From IMG/VR virus record IMGVR_UViG_3300008459_000140, positions 1-38,105 of that record: 38,105 nucleotides of DNA; one strand, written 5' to 3'. This document shows, one piece after another, positions 1 to 6,319 of the stretch. The stretch comes from a virus. Lineage: Duplodnaviria; Caudoviricetes. The position numbers and the translations under genes are program-made. Under the pieces are notes generated by a model. That model made no database searches. It was not told the DNA's origin and saw only the letters and a list, made by a program, of their open reading frames with translations. Positions within the stretch are counted from its first letter, which is position 1; each line of letters starts with the position of its first letter.

Positions 1-90
1 AATCAAGTCGAATCCTCAAACAGAGGTGAGTTACAAGCGCTAGTAAAATTACATACTAATAAAAAAATGATGCCCTTGAGTATATCATGA
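1..90 (+). CDS. partial hypothetical protein (3' end)
   Basis: Frame 1 is open from base 1 (NQVESSNRG...PLSIS) to TGA 88-90, overlapping the next start as ATGA. Confidence 0.4.
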   Translation, partial: NQVESSNRGELQALVKLHTNKKMMPLSIS

Positions 91-272
91 AACCTAAATT
101 TTACCCAATCCTCACCGACTGTATTGAGCGCGGAGTCCAATTCGGACTCAATCGTGCATATAAGCATGAAGACAATCCTTCTCGCGAAGTGATTGCTCAA
201 AATGTAGAAAGAGAAATATTGAACCAGCTTCACGAATACTTTGCATTCGATAGTGAAGGACAAGGCAACTAA
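87..272 (+). CDS. hypothetical phage protein, 61 aa
   Basis: ATG start coupled to the upstream stop; ends inside a terminator hairpin. Confidence 0.7.
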   Translation: MKPKFYPILTDCIERGVQFGLNRAYKHEDNPSREVIAQNVEREILNQLHEYFAFDSEGQGN

Positions 273-288
273 GGGTTGCCTTTTTTTT
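262..288 (+). terminator. Rho-independent terminator
   Basis: AAGGCAAC-taagg-GTTGCCTT stem-loop running into a T8 tract (281-288). Confidence 0.8.
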
Positions 289-304
289 GGTCTCATGGTA
301 TAAT
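276..304 (+). promoter_or_regulatory. sigma70-type early promoter
   Basis: TTGCCT (276-281), 17-nt spacer, TATAAT (299-304) with extended TGn. Confidence 0.8.
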
Positions 305-331
305 CGTTTACCACAAACAAAAGGGATCAAT

Positions 332-520
332 ATGTTTAGAACAAAGCAACACTACCTTATGATGGATCAGAACATTGAGCACGAGATCAGCTCAATGACT
401 TACGATCTGCTTACATCCGGTGTTTCCAATGACCGCATCATGGATTTGGTACTCAACGAATTCGGTGACGATGCATATGAAGTAGTTCAATTCATCCTCA
501 GCGAAGAAAGCGAGTCTTGA
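332..520 (+). CDS. hypothetical acidic protein, 62 aa
   Basis: ATG 332 preceded by AAGGGA and downstream of the promoter. The longer ORF-track start (287) lies inside the promoter. Confidence 0.7.
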   Translation: MFRTKQHYLMMDQNIEHEISSMTYDLLTSGVSNDRIMDLVLNEFGDDAYEVVQFILSEESES

Positions 521-521
521 A

Positions 522-791
522 ATGCAATTGAAGACTCAAACCTCCTCCAAGCCACGTCTGCAAAACGATACGCTGGGCAATGATGCCCTCAAAGAGTTGT
601 ACAATGCATTCAGCACCATGAACAAAGAAGACTTCAAGATCTTTGCAGAGGGAGTCATTATGGCTGGGGGCGGCAAGCAACCCATGAAACTGGCTATTAT
701 TGACCAAATGAATAAGCCTACTGCTAGTAAGGAATTCATCCTTACAAAGGCTCAGAACTTCATCCTCGCAGGGATGGGTTTAGGTGTTTGA
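522..791 (+). CDS. hypothetical protein, 89 aa
   Basis: ORF begins 1 nt after the previous stop, same strand. Confidence 0.7.
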   Translation: MQLKTQTSSKPRLQNDTLGNDALKELYNAFSTMNKEDFKIFAEGVIMAGGGKQPMKLAIIDQMNKPTASKEFILTKAQNFILAGMGLGV

Positions 792-807
792 CCTACCAAA
801 ATAACTG

Positions 808-836
808 TTGACTGTTTCTCGGAAACACGTTATAAT
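808..836 (+). promoter_or_regulatory. strong sigma70-type early promoter
   Basis: TTGACT (808-813), 17 nt, TATAAT (831-836); SD AAGGA upstream of ATG 869. Confidence 0.85.
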
Positions 837-868
837 AGACCTACCGCAACTAATTAAGGACATACATT

Positions 869-1819
869 ATGGCACATATGATTGAAACAATGGCTTACGC
901 CGGCGAAACTCCCTGGCACAGTTTGGGCAAGAAAGTCCCCGCAGACTTATCTCCCGAGCAGATGCTGAAAGCCGCAGATCTTGACTGGACAGTAAACAAG
1001 ATTCCTGCATTCTCTAAAATTGATGGTAAGAGTGTTAACGTGGGCGTCTCTGCTCTTGTTCGTTCTACCGATAACAAAGTACTCGATGTCGTTTCTAACG
1101 ATTGGAACCCAGTACAAAATCACGAAGCATTCCAATTCTTTTCAGAATACTGCGAAGCTGGTGACATGGAGATGAACACTGCTGGCTCTCTTCGTGATGG
1201 TCAGATCGTTTGGGGTCTCGCTAAAGTCAAAGATTCGTTTGAGTTGTTCAAAGGCGACCAAGTCGATTCATATCTCTTGTTTACTAATCCCCACAAGTTT
1301 GGTCAGTGTATTGATGTTCGCTTCACACCGATCCGTGTTGTTTGTAACAATACTTTGACGTTAGCACTAAAGGAGCACTCTGAACGTGTCGTCAAAAAGA
1401 ACCATAGAACTGTCTTTGATCCTTCCCAGGTAAAAGAGCAACTAGGAATAGCTACTGAGAAGCTTGCCAAGTACAAAGAAATGGCTAGTTTCCTTGGCTC
1501 AAAGCGGTATACACAGGACAAACTGGCTGAGTACTTCAAAGAAGTGTTTCCAGTCCTGGTTTACAACAAAGAGAAGGGTCCTCAACGCAAAGAGTTATCA
1601 AAAAGTGCTACTCGTGCTTTGGAAGTGATTAATACACAACCTGGTGCAAACTATGCTGAGGGATCTTGGTGGCAAGCTTTCAATGCTGTCACGTACTTGA
1701 CTGATCACAAGATTGGTAAGACTGCTGATTCACGTTTGCAATCAGCTTGGTTTGGTGCAAACAAGAACCTCAAGATCAGAGCTCTTGAGACCGCAATCGA
1801 ATTTGCTGAAGCCGCTTAA
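869..1819 (+). CDS. DUF932 family phage/plasmid protein
   Basis: Motifs MAYAGETPWHSLG, PVQNHEAF, TAGSLRDG, TPIRVVCNNTL and W-x-AFNAVT-x-x-x-DH, typical of DUF932 proteins. Confidence 0.85.
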   Translation: MAHMIETMAYAGETPWHSLGKKVPADLSPEQMLKAADLDWTVNKIPAFSKIDGKSVNVGVSALVRSTDNKVLDVVSNDWNPVQNHEAFQFFSEYCEAGDMEMNTAGSLRDGQIVWGLAKVKDSFELFKGDQVDSYLLFTNPHKFGQCIDVRFTPIRVVCNNTLTLALKEHSERVVKKNHRTVFDPSQVKEQLGIATEKLAKYKEMASFLGSKRYTQDKLAEYFKEVFPVLVYNKEKGPQRKELSKSATRALEVINTQPGANYAEGSWWQAFNAVTYLTDHKIGKTADSRLQSAWFGANKNLKIRALETAIEFAEAA

Positions 1820-1829
1820 GGAGAGCATG

Positions 1830-2255
1830 ATGAGATTACCTGCTGGAACCTATTTTATTGCCGACCCCTGCTACATTATCCGAGATGAAAAGTATGACCG
1901 ACTTCTTGAAGAAACTGATTTTTTCGGTTATCGCCTTCCTGATCGTGGTAACATTTTTATCGATAGTGTCACCAAACTTCCTTTTGCTGTGTTTAGTACT
2001 GCTTATGGGGACGGTTGTTATCGTGACGGGTTTGGTTTTAAGTATGGCGTTGATGCTGGTTGCATCTCTTGCGTCCCTATTGCAATGGTTGATGAACACA
2101 CCAGTGCAGGCGATTCCATCAACTTGGTCACATTTGACTGTCCTTTTGAAGTCGGGTATAATGATGGTATGATCACATTCGGTGATATTGAAATCCAAAC
2201 AAAAGGTGACTATGATGAATACCAAGAAGATTATCAAGAAGAACTTGACGCCTGA
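1830..2255 (+). CDS. hypothetical protein, DUF4241-like
   Basis: SD AAGGAG at 1818-1823 before ATGATG (1827/1830); motifs IADPCY, STAYGDGCY, GVDAG. Confidence 0.7.
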   Translation: MRLPAGTYFIADPCYIIRDEKYDRLLEETDFFGYRLPDRGNIFIDSVTKLPFAVFSTAYGDGCYRDGFGFKYGVDAGCISCVPIAMVDEHTSAGDSINLVTFDCPFEVGYNDGMITFGDIEIQTKGDYDEYQEDYQEELDA

Positions 2256-2544
2256 TGAGTTGTATCCTGGAGATGTTGTTCTTTGGCAAGGCAACATCCT
2301 GGATACATTGAATCTACTTTGGCACACTATTGAGACTAAGCACTTCCGATTCTATCAGAAGTCTTATAAGTTCGATCGTTGGGTGGAAGAACACAAGGAC
2401 TACATCCGTGAATTCTTCGATAAGAGAGGAGTTCACGCAGTTCCGATGGACTATGTGGATACGGTTGTTGGAAAGCGTTCTTGGCTGGTTTTAATCGCTT
2501 GTGGCCCCCGTATCGATAAATATAAGCCATGGCTAGATGTTTAG
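2212..2544 (+). CDS. hypothetical protein, ~110 aa
   Basis: ATG 2212/2215 after AAAGGTG; overlaps the end of the upstream gene. Confidence 0.6.
   Translation: MMNTKKIIKKNLTPDELYPGDVVLWQGNILDTLNLLWHTIETKHFRFYQKSYKFDRWVEEHKDYIREFFDKRGVHAVPMDYVDTVVGKRSWLVLIACGPRIDKYKPWLDV
2515..2522 (+). promoter_or_regulatory. T4-type late promoter candidate for the tmRNA/cell-wall operon
   Basis: GATAAATA (T4 late consensus TATAAATA) just upstream of the tmRNA acceptor piece. Confidence 0.5.
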
Positions 2545-2868
2545 CCAGGTTATAGTTGTACGAAGCAACTAGAAAAGAGTCCTGGACGGGAGTGCAAATC
2601 TCCCCAGGTCCACCATAAGAATTTAGGTCTGCGCCGTGCGATAATGAAGATGACTAAGGGATCACGGACATCCATATAATCTAAGCCTGAATTCTTTTGA
2701 TGGGCCTGTTCTAGAATCGACAGGGCTACCAGTACAGAAGTGGACAACTCGTCAGGAGTAGACGTTAAAAGCAAATCAAAGTAACTGCAAACGATGAACG
2801 TTTCGCATTGGCAGCCTAAACGCTGACTAGGGTTTCGATGGGTTTCCTCGTAACAGAATAACCCATCT
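2529..2868 (+). ncRNA. ssrA: circularly permuted (two-piece) tmRNA; tag ANDERFALAA
   Basis: The acceptor 3' end comes first: T-arm GGGAG-TGCAAAT-CTCCC (2588-2604), then CAGGTCC-A-CCA (2605-2615). An 86-nt intervening segment follows, then the mature 5' end GGGCCTG (2702), which pairs with CAGGTCC and gives G3:U70. CAGGGCT pairs with AGTCCTG. Tag ORF GCA AAC GAT GAA CGT TTC GCA TTG GCA GCC TAA at 2787-2819. Outer ends are approximate. Confidence 0.93.
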
Positions 2869-2883
2869 CAATAAGGAGATATC

Positions 2884-3417
2884 ATGGAAAAACTTTTGAA
2901 GCCCATTATGTTTGTAGTGGGAGCATTTTTTGTCCTCTCAATCATTACACAAGTAAGCATCAACAAGATTGAGTATTTTAAACACACCAAGGTAAATGTG
3001 TCTTCAATGACATCTTCTGAGAGAGAACGCCAGCTGGATTGTCTCTCCAAGAACATTTACTACGAAGCAGGCTCGGAACCTTTTGAGGGTAAAGTTGCCG
3101 TAGCTCAGGTAACACTCAACCGTGCCGAGTCAGGCAAATTCCCCTCAGACGTTTGCAAGGTAGTTTACCAAAAGAACGTATTCATGGAAAAAGTCGTATG
3201 CCAGTTTAGCTGGTACTGCGAGAATGCTGGGAAGATGAAACCAGTCCATGGTCCTAATTACAACGAATCAGTTGCAGCAGCAAAAAAAGTTCTTTTAGAA
3301 GACTTCAGATTGGATGGACTCAAGGAGGCTATGTTCTATCATGCCGACTATGTTAATCCAGGTTGGAAGAAAGAGAAAGTAGCAAAGATTGGCCGGCACA
3401 TTTTTTATAAGGAATAA
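2884..3417 (+). CDS. cell wall hydrolase, SleB/Hydrolase_2 family, with N-terminal membrane anchor
   Basis: SD AAGGAG; CLSKNIYYEAGSEP-EGKVAVAQVTLNR, CQFSW, FYHADYVNPGW, IGRHIFY. Confidence 0.9.
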   Translation: MEKLLKPIMFVVGAFFVLSIITQVSINKIEYFKHTKVNVSSMTSSERERQLDCLSKNIYYEAGSEPFEGKVAVAQVTLNRAESGKFPSDVCKVVYQKNVFMEKVVCQFSWYCENAGKMKPVHGPNYNESVAAAKKVLLEDFRLDGLKEAMFYHADYVNPGWKKEKVAKIGRHIFYKE

Positions 3418-3419
3418 TC

Positions 3420-3731
3420 ATGGAACAGTTTGACAAATACATTCAGCAGTTTATTACATTCTGCAAAACACGTTTAACAGTCACGACTGCTGAAACACTA
3501 TCCTGGATTGGGCTAATACTAATTCATGCCTGTACTATTCCTACAATCCTTTCAGTGATGACTGGGTTCAATGACAAGCTCCCTCCAATAGATATGGTCT
3601 TATTTGTTTATGGTGGTTTGGCTCTGTTTTTTGTACGGGCGGCGGTCCTCAAGGATATGATAAACATTGTAACTATTGGTTTTGGATTTGTCGTTCACTC
3701 GATCCTTCTCTCATTGTTGGTGTTTAAATGA
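3420..3731 (+). CDS. small membrane protein, ~3 TM helices
   Basis: SD AAGGA; three hydrophobic stretches; lies between two cell-wall enzymes. Confidence 0.75.
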   Translation: MEQFDKYIQQFITFCKTRLTVTTAETLSWIGLILIHACTIPTILSVMTGFNDKLPPIDMVLFVYGGLALFFVRAAVLKDMINIVTIGFGFVVHSILLSLLVFK

Positions 3732-4435
3732 AAAAGCTACTTCTAACTCTATGCCTTCTGTGTAGTAATGCCTTTGCAATGAACATTACAGCACATAGTT
3801 GGTTGGAGACTGATGATCAAGGTAATTTAATTGAAGGTTCAAACATTACAGAGGTCAGATCGATTGCAAGTATCACAAAGTTAATGACGGTTATTGCTGT
3901 TCTTGACAACGAACCAAATATGCAAGAGAAGATTGGTAAGTTCACTCGTGAGCAATTGATTCAACTTGCTTTGGTTAAGTCAGATAATGACGCAGCTAAA
4001 GCTCTTTGTGATAACTTTCCTGGTGGTAAGTTCAAATGTGTCAAATACATGAACGAGAAGGCTCATAGCCTTGGAATGCTCAGGACTAAGTTCGTCGAAC
4101 CTACTGGACTGAGTCCAATGAACATTAGTACGGCTCTAGATCTGCTTAGTCTTGTGTTTGAGGCGAGTAATTACCATGAGATAGTCAAGGCTAGTCAGAC
4201 ACCTGTTTTAAGCATACAGGTCGGTAAAAAGACTCTACGCTTTAACAACACAAATCCAATTGTTGGGAGGCGTCACAACTTCATTGTCAGTAAGACCGGA
4301 ACGACAAATGCAGCCGGTGGCTGCATTGTTATGATGTTAGATACGAACGTTGGTCGTCGTATCGTAATTCTGCTTGGTAGTAAAGACGGTAAAGTTAGAA
4401 TACCTGAAGCAGAATTTATTGCTTTATATACTTAA
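3728..4435 (+). CDS. serine D-Ala-D-Ala peptidase S11, PBP7/PbpG-like, with signal peptide
   Basis: Signal peptide ending AFA; SxxK (ASITKLMT), SDN and KTG motifs; FVEPTGLS, STALDL, FNNTN and NAAGGCIVM closely resemble PbpG. Confidence 0.88.
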   Translation: MKKLLLTLCLLCSNAFAMNITAHSWLETDDQGNLIEGSNITEVRSIASITKLMTVIAVLDNEPNMQEKIGKFTREQLIQLALVKSDNDAAKALCDNFPGGKFKCVKYMNEKAHSLGMLRTKFVEPTGLSPMNISTALDLLSLVFEASNYHEIVKASQTPVLSIQVGKKTLRFNNTNPIVGRRHNFIVSKTGTTNAAGGCIVMMLDTNVGRRIVILLGSKDGKVRIPEAEFIALYT

Positions 4436-4975
4436 CGGTAACCAGAGCCAAAGTCCTTGGCTCATTAGTAATCCTGCTAGTGATCCGACAACAATACTAG
4501 CCCAGAATAGTGGCATACTGACCGCTAAGATACTTGCAGATAAAAGAACAATCGCAATCTGAAAGCCAGAGCCAGCAAACGTTAGCCAAGGACTGGTCTT
4601 CTTAATTTCATCCCTCTCAGCTTCTAGTGCTCGTGCTTTGGCAAACAATTCTTTCTTGCCTTCGCCAGTAGCAGGTTCAGATTCGTACCGATCAATCTTA
4701 GCTTTCAGCTTATCAGCTTTAGCAAAATCCTTTTTATCAACTGCAGTGTCATAAGCCATCTCTGCAAGAGTCTGCTTGATCGACTTCGCTTGATAGAATG
4801 CCCATGTGTCATTAGCTTTAATTGTATTGTTTAATACCTTAGAACTATTGCCACTAGCAATATAGGTATTAATGGCCAAAAGAGCAGCCAGTACGGTAAT
4901 GACCCATCCAGCTTTATCCTTGATTCCAGCTTCTTTTTCGCTTCTACTGAGAGGCTTTTTAACTTCTTCTGTCAT
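4424..4975 (-). CDS. DUF4337-like membrane protein
   Basis: SD AAGGAG; N-terminal TM, ANDTWAFYQAKSIKQ motif, two C-terminal TMs (FQIAIVLLSASI). Confidence 0.75.
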   Translation of the reverse strand: MTEEVKKPLSRSEKEAGIKDKAGWVITVLAALLAINTYIASGNSSKVLNNTIKANDTWAFYQAKSIKQTLAEMAYDTAVDKKDFAKADKLKAKIDRYESEPATGEGKKELFAKARALEAERDEIKKTSPWLTFAGSGFQIAIVLLSASILAVSMPLFWASIVVGSLAGLLMSQGLWLWLPLSI

Positions 4976-4984
4976 AATACTCCT

Positions 4985-5473
4985 TTATAATTGTCTAACT
5001 ATCATTGCAAAGCTAAATGCAAATACTGGAATTGCTATTGCACAAAAACTTATGAAAATTAAAGCTCTGTCTATCATATCCGACTGAGCTTTTATTCTAG
5101 CATTTTTTAAATCTGCTTGTAACTTTGCCCGTTCTTTATACATTCGAACTCGCTCGGCCATCATTTGATCCCATACATCGCTGTTACCAGTATATATCAG
5201 CAATTCTTTAAGTTGTTTTTCAGCATCCCGCAATGCCTTACTTTGCATTGCTATCTGAATGGACATTGCTCTAATTTGTCCATCAGTTAGTATTTTTTTA
5301 TCCGTTCTGAGTCTAACTTCAGCTTCGTGAACTGCGTCACTATTTTCAAAGAACCTTGCAAACTGCCCATAGAGACTATTAACATCCTTGCCCAAAGCAA
5401 TTGCTTTTTTTATGTACCCCACCGACTGCTGAGCAGCAGTGAAGGCAATACCAATTGTAATCGGGTCCAGCAT
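4985..5473 (-). CDS. hypothetical coiled-coil protein with C-terminal TM helix
   Basis: MLDPITIG start; TAATG coupling to the upstream micro-ORF; hydrophobic C-terminus. Confidence 0.75.
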   Translation of the reverse strand: MLDPITIGIAFTAAQQSVGYIKKAIALGKDVNSLYGQFARFFENSDAVHEAEVRLRTDKKILTDGQIRAMSIQIAMQSKALRDAEKQLKELLIYTGNSDVWDQMMAERVRMYKERAKLQADLKNARIKAQSDMIDRALIFISFCAIAIPVFAFSFAMIVRQL

Positions 5474-5610
5474 TACTTTTTCTTTTCAGGTTCTTTTTTG
5501 CGCCACTCCAAACAAATCACTCTTCTATTATAAACATCCCCACTCCAAGTCCATCTAATGCACTCGGGCTGTTTAGCGTACATATAGATGGCAAGGAAGG
5601 TACCGAACAT
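5473..5610 (-). CDS. 45-aa two-Cys small protein (not in ORF track)
   Basis: MFGTFLAIYMYAKQPECIRWTWSGDVYNRRVICLEWRKKEPEKKK; TAATG stop/start overlaps at both ends. Confidence 0.75.
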   Translation of the reverse strand: MFGTFLAIYMYAKQPECIRWTWSGDVYNRRVICLEWRKKEPEKKK

Positions 5611-6197
5611 TACTTGTTCGCCAATGGGTTATCAATTGCTTTTTGAATCTTGCTATCAACTTCTTTCTTCAGCGTCTCTACTTCTCTGTTAATCTCTCTT
5701 CGTGCATCTGCCATTTCTTTACGGATAGCATTCACTTCTCCTCGAGCTTTATCTAAGTCTTCGCGAACATCCTTACGAGCTTGGCGCATTTCAGCTTCAG
5801 TCTCTCTTTGGGCTTGCTTTACACTACGCTCTACCTGTTCTGTAACACTTTCATTGCGGCGAATGTCACTCTTTAAATCATTCTTAATATCACGTGTGTA
5901 GTCGCTGGTCTTGCCACTATTTTCTTCGATGACAGCTAAGCGCTTATCAAACCCAGATAAGTCTGGTGCTTCGTAAGACGCAATCTTTTTCTTCATTCCA
6001 ACGTAGTCTTTGTACACTTCAAATGTACCGTAAAGACCACCAAGCGCTGAAGATACAATTGTGAAAGCAATCATTAATTTTGCGGGTGTGAACTCATACC
6101 CACCGATACTGATTACAGTGTCCTTGCTTGCATATTGTTTTACAGCAGCTTCCGCTTCGTCAATCTTAGCATTGACGTCTTTAATTTCTTCTCCCAT
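5610..6197 (-). CDS. single-TM coiled-coil protein, 195 aa
   Basis: SD AAGGAAG; TM LMIAFTIVSSALGGLYGTF followed by a long charged heptad region. Confidence 0.8.
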   Translation of the reverse strand: MGEEIKDVNAKIDEAEAAVKQYASKDTVISIGGYEFTPAKLMIAFTIVSSALGGLYGTFEVYKDYVGMKKKIASYEAPDLSGFDKRLAVIEENSGKTSDYTRDIKNDLKSDIRRNESVTEQVERSVKQAQRETEAEMRQARKDVREDLDKARGEVNAIRKEMADARREINREVETLKKEVDSKIQKAIDNPLANK

Positions 6198-6222
6198 TTT
6201 ACTTCCTTGTTTAATATTTTTA

Positions 6223-6312
6223 TTAACTTTGTATAAAATAAATCATCACTATAATTACTGCTAAAATAATTATAGCACCGCAAATTAAATTGTAAATGCG
6301 CTCACCGTTCAT
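6223..6312 (-). CDS. 29-aa hydrophobic micropeptide (not in ORF track)
   Basis: MNGERIYNLICGAIIILAVIIVMIYFIQS, preceded by AGGAAGTAA, the same RBS as the next gene. Confidence 0.55.
   Translation of the reverse strand: MNGERIYNLICGAIIILAVIIVMIYFIQS
6269..6296 (-). promoter_or_regulatory. possible internal sigma70 promoter
   Basis: Minus strand TTTACA, 16 nt, TATAAT with TGn extension. Confidence 0.35.
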
Positions 6313-6319
6313 TTACTTC

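Noticed and set aside
1713-1829. N-terminal extension of the 180-aa ORF
   Set aside because: Overlaps DUF932; a strong SD precedes ATG 1827/1830.
2588-2615. Standalone tRNA
   Set aside because: Only a T-arm and acceptor 3' strand are present, with no anticodon arm; explained by the permuted tmRNA.
2616-2701. Self-splicing intron in tmRNA
   Set aside because: Too short, no group I/II core, and it lies between the mature ends as a permutation spacer.
2550-2774. 74-aa minus-strand ORF
   Set aside because: Antisense to the tmRNA with no RBS or protein-like features.
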